Under the pieces are notes generated by a model. That model ran no database searches. It was given only the letters and a program-made list of their open reading frames with translations, and was not told the DNA's origin. This document shows positions 17,471 to 27,505 of a stretch of DNA of 35,923 nucleotides, in pieces. The stretch comes from an uncultured Rhizobiaceae group bacterium (GTDB lineage: Bacteria; Pseudomonadota; Alphaproteobacteria; Rhizobiales; Rhizobiaceae), in contig CALHHQ010000028.1 in the NCBI GenBank assembly GCA_938030645.1, positions 1 to 35,923 of the forward strand. Direction: 5' to 3'. Numbering within the stretch: the first letter of the stretch is position 1; each line of letters begins with the position of its first letter. The position numbers and the translations under genes are program-made.

Positions 17471-18392
17471 GATATTTGGCATACAGAACACCCAATGCAC
17501 ATGATGCAATGCGGGCTTCAGCACTATCTGCACGACTGGTGAGAATGACAGGGGCTTTTGCACCCACAACCAGTCCAGCTGTTTCGCTGCCCGCCATAAA
17601 CGTTAGTGCTTTGAAAAATATATTGCCCGCTTCAATTGTGGGAACAACCAAAATATCTGCGTCTCCAGCAACGGGTGAATCGATCCCTTTTAATTCCGCC
17701 GCTTCTTTGCTGACAGCATTGTCGAGCGCAAAGGGTCCATCAACCAGACCACCCGTAATTTTACCTTCAGCTGCTGCATCGGCGATTGCTCGCGCTTCCA
17801 TGGAAGAGGGAATACCAGGGTTAGGGCTTTCTACTGCCGACAGAATAGCGGCCTTGGGTGTTTCAACACCAAGCGCCCGCGCAAGATCAATCCCGTTCTG
17901 TGTAATTGAAATTTTATGATTCTCAGTCGGCGCCACATTAAGTGCTGCATCAGTAATAATGACGGGACGATCCCAATTGGGAATGTCCATGACAAAGCAA
18001 TGACTCGTGCGTTGCGATGTGCGCAACCCATTTTCTTTTCGAATAACAGCGGCCAGATAAGTGTCGGAATGGATAAAGCCTTTCATCAAAACTTGAGCAG
18101 ATCCATCTGCCACCAAATCAACGCCTCGATGGGCCGCTTTTTCTTCCGTATCGGCTTGCACAATTTCAAGATCAGAGATGTCAAATCCGGCTTCTTTTGC
18201 CGTTGTTTCAATGCGCGCGCGATCTCCAACCAAAATAGGAATGATTAAACCTTCATCACGAGCGTCCAAAGCGCCTTCTAGTGCAGTCGCTTCTTCGGGG
18301 CAGATCACCGCCGTTTTCAATGGGTCAAGCGGTTTGCACATCGCCAACAGTTCTGAAAAATGTGGGCGCGTTTCTGGGGTAATACTGTGCAC
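17454..18392 (-). CDS. Phosphate acetyl/butyryltransferase (PTA_PTB family), stand-alone
   Basis: LMKG, SHCFVMD, ITDAALNVAP, VDGPFALDNA, AGNIFFK, PVILTSRADS. Confidence 0.9.
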   Translation of the reverse strand: MHSITPETRPHFSELLAMCKPLDPLKTAVICPEEATALEGALDARDEGLIIPILVGDRARIETTAKEAGFDISDLEIVQADTEEKAAHRGVDLVADGSAQVLMKGFIHSDTYLAAVIRKENGLRTSQRTSHCFVMDIPNWDRPVIITDAALNVAPTENHKISITQNGIDLARALGVETPKAAILSAVESPNPGIPSSMEARAIADAAAEGKITGGLVDGPFALDNAVSKEAAELKGIDSPVAGDADILVVPTIEAGNIFFKALTFMAGSETAGLVVGAKAPVILTSRADSAEARIASCALGVLYAKYLSEQA

Positions 18393-18529
18393 GAATAGCT
18401 CCGAGTGGGTTGTTCGATTTCATTCATGTCATAGAGACATTCTTTGATTTGGGAAAGCACCACATCGCTTCCCCAAAGTTAAAAAAAGGCTTAGATATAA
18501 AGAAAAACATATGCGTTGAGGAACCACCC

Positions 18530-19489
18530 GTGACCGCAAGAATTTTGACCATTGGAAACTTCTTTCCAAGCGTAACCAAAGATTTAAGCAAGACATTCAC
18601 GGTTGTTGAATGCCCAAACAGAACAGACATCGATGTCTTGTCAGAAGATCAACGCAGCGAAATCTCCGCAATCGCAACCTTCGGATGGGCGCCAGCCGAT
18701 CTGATCAAAAAATTTCCAAACCTAAAGCTCATTTCAAGTTTCGGCGTAGGATATGATGGCGTAGATGCAGACTATGCAGCTTCAAAAGAAATTTTGGTAA
18801 CCCATACACCAAACGTATTGAACGATGATGTTGCCAACACAACAATTGTTCTGATCCTCACCACAATGCGTCGGATCATTGCCCAAGACAAATATCTGCG
18901 CGAGGGCCGTTGGGTGTCAGAAGGCAATGCGCCACTGACCAAAAGCATTCGCGGCAAGAAAGTCGGTATTGTTGGGTTGGGTCGTATCGGAGAAGCCATC
19001 GCGGAAAAACTTTCCGTGTTCAAATGCGAAACCGTCTATCATTCCCGCAATCAAAAACCGGATGTCCCTTACACCTATTACGGAAGTCTGTTGGATATGG
19101 CCCACGACTGCGATGTGTTGGTGGCGATCACACCGGGTGGTCCTGCCACAGACAAGTTGATCAGCCGTGAGGTCATGGAAGCGCTTGGTCCTGAAGGCAC
19201 ATTGATCAATGTCGCGCGCGGCACTGTGGTTGATGAGGCAGAGATGGTGAAGGCTTTGCAGGACGGCCGTTTAGGCGCTGCGGGTCTGGATGTGTTTGAA
19301 GACGAACCGAACGTTCCTGAAGAATTGTTCCCTATGGAAAACGTGGTTCTCACGCCTCATGTAGCCAGCGCAACGTGGGAAACCCGTCAGGCAATGTCAG
19401 ATTTGGTGGTGGGAAATCTTGTGTCTTATTTCTCGACAGGAAAAGTTGAGACCCCTGTTCCTGAATGCGCTGACATACCGGGCGCTTAA
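18530..19489 (+). CDS. D-isomer-specific 2-hydroxyacid dehydrogenase
   Basis: FGVGYD, GIVGLGRIG, INVARG, GLDVFEDEP, TPHVAS. Start moved to GTG 18530 (GAGGA RBS). Confidence 0.92.
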   Translation: MTARILTIGNFFPSVTKDLSKTFTVVECPNRTDIDVLSEDQRSEISAIATFGWAPADLIKKFPNLKLISSFGVGYDGVDADYAASKEILVTHTPNVLNDDVANTTIVLILTTMRRIIAQDKYLREGRWVSEGNAPLTKSIRGKKVGIVGLGRIGEAIAEKLSVFKCETVYHSRNQKPDVPYTYYGSLLDMAHDCDVLVAITPGGPATDKLISREVMEALGPEGTLINVARGTVVDEAEMVKALQDGRLGAAGLDVFEDEPNVPEELFPMENVVLTPHVASATWETRQAMSDLVVGNLVSYFSTGKVETPVPECADIPGA

Positions 19490-19491
19490 GG

Positions 19492-20187
19492 TCAGTCTTT
19501 CTGTCCAAACAAAATCTTGCGTTCTTCATCAGTAGGTGGCCTTTGTCGCCTACTATCTTTTCCAAGAGCAACACCATGTTGAACAGCAGGTCTGTCCTTC
19601 ACGACTCCACGCCACCGCACGAGATTTGGAAATTCGTCCAATGACAATTGCATCGCTTTGGCGATCAAAACCCATGGCCAGCAGATCATATCAGCGATTG
19701 AATAGTCGTCGCCAACAATCCAATCACGGCCTTCTAAGCGGGTGTCCAGTATCTTAAGGCAACGTATGGATTCAGCTTCGTAGCGCTTTCGACCATAGCC
19801 CTCTTTTTCTTCACCTGGCGCGTAATTGAAGAAATGACTGTGTTGACCCATCATCGGACCTTGATTGCCCGTTTGCCAAAACAGCCATTCCAAAACTTCT
19901 TTTTCGAGCACAGCGTCATCAGGCAAAAATCGTCCGAATTTTCGTGCCAAATAAAACATAATTGCGCCGGATTCAAAGACCGAAACTGGGTCGCCTTCCA
20001 CATCATGATCAACAATCGCTGGCATACGGTTGTTTGGGCTGATGGCTAAGAACTCAGGTTTAAACTGATCACCCTGTCCGATGTTCACGAAATGGGTTTC
20101 ATAGTCTATGCCGAGTTCTTCCAGCAGGATAGAAACCTTCCAGCCATTCGGTGTCGGCCAATAGTAGAAATCGATTGGTTTGGTCAT
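19492..20187 (-). CDS. Glutathione S-transferase, YfcG/YghU (Nu-class)-like
   Basis: YYWPTPNGWK, SPNNRMPAIVD, FESGAI, YSIADM. Confidence 0.9.
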   Translation of the reverse strand: MTKPIDFYYWPTPNGWKVSILLEELGIDYETHFVNIGQGDQFKPEFLAISPNNRMPAIVDHDVEGDPVSVFESGAIMFYLARKFGRFLPDDAVLEKEVLEWLFWQTGNQGPMMGQHSHFFNYAPGEEKEGYGRKRYEAESIRCLKILDTRLEGRDWIVGDDYSIADMICWPWVLIAKAMQLSLDEFPNLVRWRGVVKDRPAVQHGVALGKDSRRQRPPTDEERKILFGQKD

Positions 20188-21410
20188 GACATGTCTCCCA
20201 AACTCGTCACACCATCATCAGCTAGCGTTTCAATTTCAGCATCACTCAAACCCAAATGACCGAGCAGTTGATGGCTGTCCGCACCTAATGATGGCGCCGG
20301 CAATCGAAACGTTGTTGGAGTTTTGGAAAACTGTGGCGCTGGTCTCGCTTGTCGCAGTGTTCCCGCAAGCGGGTGGTTGGTTTGAACAACGGTTTCATTT
20401 GCTACTATTTGCGGGTGCGAAATCACTTCGAGACGCGTTAAAACAGGCGCGCATGGAACATCTTGTGCTTCCAGTTTAGCAAGCCAATTGGTGGCTGTAT
20501 CAGTCATCAAAACATCTTGCGTCAATTGCAAACGCTCATCGATGTTTTGTCCTCGTAAGGCTGATGAAGCAAATCGCTGATCATTCAACCATTCAGGCCT
20601 ATTAAACGCTTTGCAAAGACCAGCCCATTCTTTGTCTGATTGGACAGCTACGCTGATATACCCCTCAGCTGTTTCATAAATTAGGTCGATAAAACTTTGT
20701 GCCGTTTCGCGTTCCAATTCATCACCCACAAATGTGTGGGCACCCATGTCCGATCCCCATAGAAATGACACCACCGTATCCAGCATCGACAGCTTGATGT
20801 GTTGTCCTTCGCCCGCCTCGCGACCGCCTGTCCGTTCACGGTGAAAGAGTGCTGCGCTGATTGATTGTGCAGCCGCATAGCCGGTCAATTTATCAGGAAC
20901 GATCGTGCGCACCAAACGAGGACGCGCTTCGTCGGAACCACCTTGCACTGTCGTAAGACCTGACAGCGCTTGAACCAATGGATCATAAACCGGTTTCTGG
21001 GCATACGGTCCAACATCACCAAAACCGGAGATCGACACATAGATGACAGAAGGCGCGATCTTTTTAACGATGTCATACCCAATCCCTATACGGTCCACCA
21101 CTCCAGGGCGGAAATTCTGAACAATCACATCCGCTTCAACAGCCATTTGCATGAAAATATCGACAGCTCGTTTTTCTTTCAGGTTTAACGTCAATGATCG
21201 TTTGTTGCGATTGTTGTTCACGAACGAAGCAGAAAACCCATTACGTTTAGTCGAGACCGAACGTGTGTGATCTCCCCCTTTGGGATTTTCGATTTTGATC
21301 ACATCAGCACCTTGATCCGCCAACATGAGCGTCGTCATTGGACCTGAAATCATGGACGTCAGATCAAGTACTCGAATGCCTGAAAGTGGGCCCGAATTGG
21401 AGGTGCTCAT
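20184..21410 (-). CDS. Family III CoA transferase (CaiB/BaiF)
   Basis: LSGIRVLDLT, GADVIKIE, NRNKRS, QNFRPG, SISGFG, candidate catalytic Asp in VPDKLTG. Confidence 0.92.
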   Translation of the reverse strand: MSTSNSGPLSGIRVLDLTSMISGPMTTLMLADQGADVIKIENPKGGDHTRSVSTKRNGFSASFVNNNRNKRSLTLNLKEKRAVDIFMQMAVEADVIVQNFRPGVVDRIGIGYDIVKKIAPSVIYVSISGFGDVGPYAQKPVYDPLVQALSGLTTVQGGSDEARPRLVRTIVPDKLTGYAAAQSISAALFHRERTGGREAGEGQHIKLSMLDTVVSFLWGSDMGAHTFVGDELERETAQSFIDLIYETAEGYISVAVQSDKEWAGLCKAFNRPEWLNDQRFASSALRGQNIDERLQLTQDVLMTDTATNWLAKLEAQDVPCAPVLTRLEVISHPQIVANETVVQTNHPLAGTLRQARPAPQFSKTPTTFRLPAPSLGADSHQLLGHLGLSDAEIETLADDGVTSLGDMS

Positions 21411-21471
21411 AATTCTTGTCCTTGCCAGAATTTATCTCAGCATGACCGCAAGCACTCAAATTTGAAAGTCA

Positions 21472-22200
21472 TTACTTCCGGGAAAAAACGCCAATCATCG
21501 GGCCAAGGTCACGCCATCCCCCACGAGATCCCGATTGGGTTTTGATCGCAGAGACCGTGCCATCAAGAAAAAGCGCATTGGGCGTTTTCAACTCATTCAA
21601 AAAGAGATTGCCAAAATTCCAGAAATTGATGGGCCGATGTGAAATCACGAAATGAACCGTATCGCCATCTTTGGAAACACCCACACCATTTCGAATTTTC
21701 AAACTGTCGGACTCTTTCAAAAACCGAGGGTGTAATTTTCCATCGATCACCAACATTGGGCCTGATTGGGTGGCAAAATCCACCTGACGTTTTGCATCAA
21801 TAAACGCTTTGGTTTCACTTACGCCAACTTTTCCATCCTGACCCCAAAACACGCCATTGGGCAGAAGATGAAAATTACCCCATCCTCCTTTTGTGGAAAT
21901 TTGTTTTTGTTCAAGACTGTTTTCCACATATAGGCCAACAGGCAGTAAGTCGGCGTGATACATGCCGCCATTCATCAACATTAGGGGCTGGCGGCTTTCG
22001 CTTTCGAGCGCACTTTCAAGGCGAGACAGGCGCGCAAAAGGTTCACCAGATGGGTTGGTCAAAAACAATCGCGTTTCAATTTCAGCAACGGAATAAGAAC
22101 ATACTGTGTGCTTTACATTTGCATGGGTGAGTATGCGACAATCACCATCATGGCACCCGCCAAACAGGGAGCAGAATATTGCAGTTAAAAATTCTAACAT
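21472..22200 (-). CDS. Phosphodiester glycosidase (NAGPA/YigE-like) family protein
   Basis: MNGGMY, GNFHLLPNGVF, ATQSGPMLV, RNGVG, ALFLDG. ATG 22200 gives a hydrophobic leader. Confidence 0.8.
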   Translation of the reverse strand: MLEFLTAIFCSLFGGCHDGDCRILTHANVKHTVCSYSVAEIETRLFLTNPSGEPFARLSRLESALESESRQPLMLMNGGMYHADLLPVGLYVENSLEQKQISTKGGWGNFHLLPNGVFWGQDGKVGVSETKAFIDAKRQVDFATQSGPMLVIDGKLHPRFLKESDSLKIRNGVGVSKDGDTVHFVISHRPINFWNFGNLFLNELKTPNALFLDGTVSAIKTQSGSRGGWRDLGPMIGVFSRK

Positions 22201-22278
22201 GAAGTTCGCAGCCAGCCTTGATCTGCAAGTAGCACCAGATGATTGCGTATCAATCAACCACGGCGTGATTGCGACATA

Positions 22279-22689
22279 CTAAACGTTGTCTATGGGCGCC
22301 AGCAACATCCAGCGATGTCCAAACGGATCGTAGAACTGACAAAACCTGTCACCCCAAAACATATTTTCCGGTGCAAATGATTTTGTGGATCCGTTTTCCA
22401 TCGCAAGACCGTAGATCCGGTCAACTTGTGACGGAGATTCAACCGTGATGCTGACAGCCACTGGTGAGCCCTTGCCTGGAACAGCCCCCGGTTCAGAATC
22501 AAACTCGGGAAATTCATCAGACAGCATCACAGGATTGTCTTGGATCATCAATGTGGCATGCATGACTCGCTCTCCGTCTTCCGCATCCATGACATTGGAA
22601 CACGTTGCATCAAACACTGTCTCATAAAATTTGATGGCGGCTTTGGCACCCTTAACGGTCAGATAGGGAGAAACTGAAATTTTGGTCAT
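22279..22689 (-). CDS. VOC/glyoxalase family protein (PhnB-like)
   Basis: PYLTVKGA, AIKFY, MHATL, MLSDE, FWGDR, DPFGHRW. Confidence 0.88.
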   Translation of the reverse strand: MTKISVSPYLTVKGAKAAIKFYETVFDATCSNVMDAEDGERVMHATLMIQDNPVMLSDEFPEFDSEPGAVPGKGSPVAVSITVESPSQVDRIYGLAMENGSTKSFAPENMFWGDRFCQFYDPFGHRWMLLAPIDNV

Positions 22690-22728
22690 GCGTCACCTTT
22701 TCAATATGCACAGTTTATCTCGAATTTC

Positions 22729-22757
22729 TTGACGTGAACCCTTAGATTATCGCATAT
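22729..22757 (+). promoter_or_regulatory. sigma70-type promoter of leuC
   Basis: TTGACG-N17-GCATAT. Confidence 0.6.
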
Positions 22758-22795
22758 CTTCTATCAAAATTCGACTTTTGCAAGGAATGCAATTT

Positions 22796-24199
22796 ATGTC
22801 TGGTGCAACCACTCTTTATGACAAAATCTGGAACGACCATCTGGTTCACGAACAAGAAGATGGAACATGTCTTTTGTACATTGATCGCCATCTTGTGCAC
22901 GAGGTCACAAGCCCACAGGCTTTTGAAGGTTTGCGCATGGCTGGTCGTAAGGTTCGCGCACCTGAAAAAACGCTGGCAGTTGTAGATCACAACATCCCAA
23001 CCACCAACCGTGCCGGCGGAATTGCAAACGAAGAAAGCCGCATTCAGGTAGAAGCGCTTGCCAAGAACGCAGCCGACTTCAATGTGGAATATTATTCTGA
23101 AACCGATAAGCGCCAAGGCATTGTGCACATTATTGGCCCTGAACAAGGTTTCACTTTACCAGGCATGACGATTGTGTGCGGCGACAGCCATACATCAACC
23201 CATGGTGCATTCGGCGCTTTAGCCCACGGAATCGGAACATCTGAGGTTGAACACGTGTTGGCAACGCAGACACTGATTCAGAAAAAGGCCAAGAACATGA
23301 AAGTTGAAGTCACTGGTGGACTCAACAGTGGTGTAACCGCAAAAGACATTATTCTCGCAATCATTGGCGAAATCGGAACCGCTGGCGGTACGGGTTACGT
23401 GATTGAATTCTGTGGCCCAGCCATAGAAGCTTTGTCCATGGAAGGCCGCATGACGGTTTGCAACATGACAATCGAAGGCGGTGCACGTGCTGGCTTGATT
23501 GCACCTGATGAAAAAACGTTCGAATACATCAAAGGCAAGCCCAAAGCGCCGTCCGGTAAAGCTTGGGACATGGCCTTGGAATATTGGAAGGGCTTGAAAA
23601 GCGACGATGATGCTCACTTTGATAAAGTCGTCACAATCGATGCTGACAATCTCACACCCATCGTGTCTTGGGGGTCCAGCCCAGAAGATGTGATTGCGGT
23701 TACAGGTGAAGTGCCTGATCCAGCTTTGATCAAAGACGAAAACAAACGTGCTTCCAAAATGCGTGCCCTAGAGTATATGGGGCTGACAGCTGGAACAAAA
23801 ATCACGGACATCAAGATTGATCGTGTCTGGATTGGCTCGTGCACCAATGGTCGCATCGAAGATCTACGTGCAGCTGCTGAAGTGCTCGATGGCAAAAAGA
23901 TTGCAGACACAGTGTCCGCGATGGTCGTACCCGGTTCTGGTCTGGTAAAAGAGCAAGCCGAAGCAGAGGGTTTGGACAAAATCTTTATTGAAGCTGGTGC
24001 AGAATGGCGTGAGCCAGGCTGTTCCATGTGCCTTGCCATGAATGATGATCGTCTGAAACCAGAGGAACGCTGCGCATCCACCTCAAACCGAAACTTTGAA
24101 GGCCGTCAGGGTTTCAAGGGCCGCACACACCTCGTGTCACCTGCGATGGCTGCAGCGGCTGGCATCGCGGGTCATTTCGTGGACGTTCGTGAAATTTGA
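22796..24199 (+). CDS. leuC: 3-isopropylmalate dehydratase large subunit
   Basis: [55 protein letters not shown]. Start moved to ATG 22796. Confidence 0.97.
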   Translation: MSGATTLYDKIWNDHLVHEQEDGTCLLYIDRHLVHEVTSPQAFEGLRMAGRKVRAPEKTLAVVDHNIPTTNRAGGIANEESRIQVEALAKNAADFNVEYYSETDKRQGIVHIIGPEQGFTLPGMTIVCGDSHTSTHGAFGALAHGIGTSEVEHVLATQTLIQKKAKNMKVEVTGGLNSGVTAKDIILAIIGEIGTAGGTGYVIEFCGPAIEALSMEGRMTVCNMTIEGGARAGLIAPDEKTFEYIKGKPKAPSGKAWDMALEYWKGLKSDDDAHFDKVVTIDADNLTPIVSWGSSPEDVIAVTGEVPDPALIKDENKRASKMRALEYMGLTAGTKITDIKIDRVWIGSCTNGRIEDLRAAAEVLDGKKIADTVSAMVVPGSGLVKEQAEAEGLDKIFIEAGAEWREPGCSMCLAMNDDRLKPEERCASTSNRNFEGRQGFKGRTHLVSPAMAAAAGIAGHFVDVREI

Positions 24200-24227
24200 A
24201 TTCTGAAGCAAATTATTGCACAATTCT

Positions 24228-24264
24228 AAAAGGGTTCTGTCTGATTTGGACAGAGCCCTTTTTT
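24228..24264 (+). terminator. Intrinsic terminator after leuC
   Basis: aaaagggttctgtc-loop-gacagagccc-tttttt. Confidence 0.85.
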
Positions 24265-24365
24265 GTTTGGTAACCTAATATTTTGAAACTGTGGCCCAAC
24301 GTCTCAACAATAACAATCTTGAAACTTTGAAGCGCGATTGTGATCCCAACAAACGGGGACGCACC

Positions 24366-25550
24366 ATGACTGAGCAGTCATACTTTCAATTGATATCGCC
24401 TATGATCTTTCTGGTCTTCGCCGGCGGATTGTTCTTGCTGTACACATTTGAAAAACGTCTGATCGCCGCGAAGATTTTCGGCTTCTCTTATCTATTTGGC
24501 GCCGCGGCAGTCACATTAGAATTTTTCCGCGCGGGCATTGATCCTATTCTTGCGGCCTATTTGTCCAACACCTTTTACAACATCACTGCGATTTTGTTCG
24601 CAGTCGCTGCTGCCGTTCGATACAAACAAAAAATTCCAACGTCCCAAATGGCAATTGTCACAATCGCCTTGTTCGTTGGTATCGCTTATTTTTTACATAT
24701 CGAACCCAGCATTGCAGCACGCACAATTGTAGCCAATGGCGGCAACGGCATCATTTTCTTCCTAGCAGCACATTGCATCTACCAAGGACGTAAACTGCCA
24801 ATCGATAAGGTTTTTGCCTGGGTGGTTGGCGTATTTGCGTTTCAGTTTTTCATTAGAGCGCTTCTCACAATCTCGTTCTTTCATGAAACATTGACCAATG
24901 CCAATTACGCGACTTCCATGACGGCGTTGTCGATGCAATTTATTGTATCTATAGCTGCCCTATGCGTAGCTGCCTGTTTGTTTTTCTCATTTGGATTGGA
25001 AGTGTTCGGGAGCTTGAAACGAGAGGCTGAAACAGATCATCTTACATCATTGCTTAACCGTCGCGGCTTGAAACAAAAGTTTTTGGAATTGCGTGAACGC
25101 AGCATTCGAGCATCAGTGCCTGTGGAATTGGTCGTTTGTGACATTGACCATTTCAAAATGATCAACGACGCACATGGCCATGGTGCCGGAGACAAAGTCA
25201 TCCAGAAACTATCTTCTCTCATCGATGAAACAGCACGCAAAACTGATTTAACAGCGCGCATCGGCGGCGAAGAGTTTTGCATTGTCTTGTGGAACGCAAA
25301 CTCAGCGGCGGCAAAACTGTTTGCAGAAAATCTACGTTCCACATTCTGCGCCCATCAATTTGAGGGTTTGCCTTCCATCACAATGAGCTGCGGTATCACA
25401 TCTTTATATGTGGATGACAATTGGAACACTTTATTCGAACGGGCAGATAAAGCCCTGTATCTCGCAAAGAACACCGGGCGTGACCGCACGTGTGTTTTCG
25501 GAGACGATAGCACTCGGCCAGAGCCTCATAAACTATCAGTCGTCGCTTGA
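24366..25550 (+). CDS. Membrane-bound diguanylate cyclase (GGDEF)
   Basis: About seven TM segments, DHLTSLLNRR, DIDHFKMIND, I-site RKTD, GGEEF, ADKALY. Start moved to ATG 24366 (GGGGA RBS). Confidence 0.92.
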   Translation: MTEQSYFQLISPMIFLVFAGGLFLLYTFEKRLIAAKIFGFSYLFGAAAVTLEFFRAGIDPILAAYLSNTFYNITAILFAVAAAVRYKQKIPTSQMAIVTIALFVGIAYFLHIEPSIAARTIVANGGNGIIFFLAAHCIYQGRKLPIDKVFAWVVGVFAFQFFIRALLTISFFHETLTNANYATSMTALSMQFIVSIAALCVAACLFFSFGLEVFGSLKREAETDHLTSLLNRRGLKQKFLELRERSIRASVPVELVVCDIDHFKMINDAHGHGAGDKVIQKLSSLIDETARKTDLTARIGGEEFCIVLWNANSAAAKLFAENLRSTFCAHQFEGLPSITMSCGITSLYVDDNWNTLFERADKALYLAKNTGRDRTCVFGDDSTRPEPHKLSVVA

Positions 25551-26087
25551 TTCTTGATCACGCTCGCTCACCTCTAGAGGTGGTGAAATAGTGATCGCCC
25601 ATTTTTCGAAGTCGATGTGCGGGACATTCTCGTGGGTGAAATCGAGAAAATAAGTCTTTGAGCTCAAACCACCTACTTCGTTCAGAGGTGCAATTTCCAA
25701 AACAGAACCAGCGCCAAAATCTGGAACGGTCAACACAGCGCCGATGTGTTTTCCTTCACCATCAAGAACATCACAGCCAATCAGATCGGTGACATAAAAC
25801 TCGTCATCTTCTGTATCATCAGGAAGAGATGAGCGGTCCACAAACAACTCCAGTTTGTTTAAAGCCTCGGCTTCTTCTCTTGTGTTGATGCCTTTGAATT
25901 TCACCACAACAACAGTCTTCTGCGGTCGCAAATTGGTGATTTTGAACTTGCGTCCATCTTCCGACCACAGCGAGCCGTAGTCACCAATGGCCAATGGATC
26001 TCCCGTAAAAGACTTCACACGCACTTCACCGCGGATGCCATGGGCCGCACCCACTTGGGCAAGCAAAACTGGATTTTCGAGCTTCAT
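25536..26087 (-). CDS. rimM: Ribosome maturation factor RimM
   Basis: AAHGIRGEV, REEAEAL, EFYVTDLIG, DFGAG. Start moved to ATG 26087 (GGAG RBS). Confidence 0.95.
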   Translation of the reverse strand: MKLENPVLLAQVGAAHGIRGEVRVKSFTGDPLAIGDYGSLWSEDGRKFKITNLRPQKTVVVVKFKGINTREEAEALNKLELFVDRSSLPDDTEDDEFYVTDLIGCDVLDGEGKHIGAVLTVPDFGAGSVLEIAPLNEVGGLSSKTYFLDFTHENVPHIDFEKWAITISPPLEVSERDQESSDD

Positions 26088-26100
26088 CTTAACTCCATAC

Positions 26101-26136
26101 AAAAAGGGCGACTGGTCGCAAAGACCAACCGCCCTC
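26101..26136 (-). terminator. Intrinsic terminator between rpsP and rimM
   Basis: Minus strand gagggcggttggtc-tttgc-gaccagtcgccc-ttttt. Confidence 0.75.
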
Positions 26137-26158
26137 AATTGTTCAAAATGAACAGATG

Positions 26159-26635
26159 TTATTCAGCAGGCTTTTCTTCAGCTGCAGCTTCTTCTGCAGG
26201 AGCCTCTTCTGCTGGTGTTTCTTCTGCTGGTGCGGCAGCAGCTTCTTCAGCTGCAGCTTTGGCTGCTTCTTCTGCATCTGCTGCAGCTTGCTTCGCGTCT
26301 TCTTCTTTTTGTGCTTTTTCTTCAAGGCGCTCTTGAGCTTTTTTGCCTGGCTTCGCTTTGTTCGGGTTGTTGCGTGGCTCACGTTTTGCAAGACCGGCTT
26401 CGTCTAGAAGACGAAGAACGCGATCCGTCGGCTGAGCACCTTGATCAAGCCAATATTGAATACGTTCTGTTTTCATAGAAACGCGCGCTTCATTATCTTT
26501 CGCAAGCAACGGGTTAAGTGTGCCAAGCTTTTCGATGAAACGGCCGTCGCGTGGTGCGCGAACGTCAGCAGCAACGATTGAATAAAACGGGCGCTTTTTA
26601 GAGCCGCCACGGGCGAGACGAATTTTAGTAGCCAT
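26159..26635 (-). CDS. rpsP: 30S ribosomal protein S16 with Ala/Glu-rich C-terminal extension
   Basis: [34 protein letters not shown]. Confidence 0.97.
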   Translation of the reverse strand: MATKIRLARGGSKKRPFYSIVAADVRAPRDGRFIEKLGTLNPLLAKDNEARVSMKTERIQYWLDQGAQPTDRVLRLLDEAGLAKREPRNNPNKAKPGKKAQERLEEKAQKEEDAKQAAADAEEAAKAAAEEAAAAPAEETPAEEAPAEEAAAEEKPAE

Positions 26636-26672
26636 AATTTAAGTTCCTTAGATGGTCATGTTCGTGTGTTGA

Positions 26673-26963
26673 TTAAGACTGGTTTGAAGCAGCCTGTTTG
26701 TGGTGCTGAATCACTTCGCGAATAACAAATTCGAGAAATTTTTCAGCAAAATCGGGGTCAAGATCGGCGCGTACTGCAAGGCGGCGCAGGCGATCCACTT
26801 GTTCTTCTTCACGCTTCGGGTCGGAAGGCGGGAATTCATTTTCTGCTTTCAATTGGCCAACAGCTTTAGTGATGCGAAACCGCTCTGCCAAAGTGTGAAT
26901 GAGCACCGCATCAAAGTTGTCGATGCTGTTGCGGTATTGCTGGAGTTGTTCTTTAGGAGTCAT
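26673..26963 (-). CDS. Chorismate mutase (AroQ type)
   Basis: RNSIDNFD, LAERF, VGQLKA, DPKRE. Usual position between ffh and rpsP. Confidence 0.9.
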   Translation of the reverse strand: MTPKEQLQQYRNSIDNFDAVLIHTLAERFRITKAVGQLKAENEFPPSDPKREEEQVDRLRRLAVRADLDPDFAEKFLEFVIREVIQHHKQAASNQS

Positions 26964-27505
26964 GCAAACCGCTCCTGAAATTGTTGTGGAGGCAAATGAC
27001 GCCAGATTTCAGCTTTGGTGTCGCCAAACAATGTTCCAAATTTCTCAAACTGTGCGCCCAACTTGGCGGCAACGTTTTTGGAAGCAGGGTTTTCAACGGC
27101 AATCATGCTGATCGCTGTGGTCCAGCCAAGATCTTCATAGGCGTGACGCAGAGTGCGCGTTGCAGCCTCTGTCGCATAACCCTTGCCCGTGACAGAAGGA
27201 TGAAATGTGTAACCAATTTCTGGCTCTGGCCAGCCATCGGGTTCCCACGGGCCGCACCATCCAACAGTATTTGACGTAGACTTTTCTTCCACGGCAAACA
27301 GGCTGAACCCACGCAATTGATAATGGCCGATCAGCGTTGCCAATATGCGCCAGGATTGCCAACGCGGTTTGGCACCACCAATGTAGCGCGCATGCTCCTC
27401 ATCGGCATAAATTTCAGCAATGCAATCGAAGTCTTTCTCTTCCCACCCACGCAGGACAAGACGCTCTGTCTCAAGCACTGGCATTTGGGACGGTAGATGC
27501 GTCAT
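26960..27505 (-). CDS. GNAT N-acetyltransferase (RimJ/RimL-like)
   Basis: LETERLVLR, PEIGY, GKGYATEA, NPASKNVAAKLG. Confidence 0.88.
   Translation of the reverse strand: MTHLPSQMPVLETERLVLRGWEEKDFDCIAEIYADEEHARYIGGAKPRWQSWRILATLIGHYQLRGFSLFAVEEKSTSNTVGWCGPWEPDGWPEPEIGYTFHPSVTGKGYATEAATRTLRHAYEDLGWTTAISMIAVENPASKNVAAKLGAQFEKFGTLFGDTKAEIWRHLPPQQFQERFA

Noticed and set aside
22240-22256. TGATTG-N5-CAATCA palindrome as an FNR/FixK box
   Set aside because: Does not fit TTGAT-N4-ATCAA, and 6-bp arms are not significant alone.
22690-22795. Leucine attenuator or leader peptide before leuC
   Set aside because: No Leu-rich short ORF or terminator hairpin, and the promoter is only about 40 nt from the ATG.
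26040-26478. Cys/Phe-rich and Ser/Ala-rich ORFs antisense to rpsP
   Set aside because: Shadows of the Ala/Glu-rich S16 tail.
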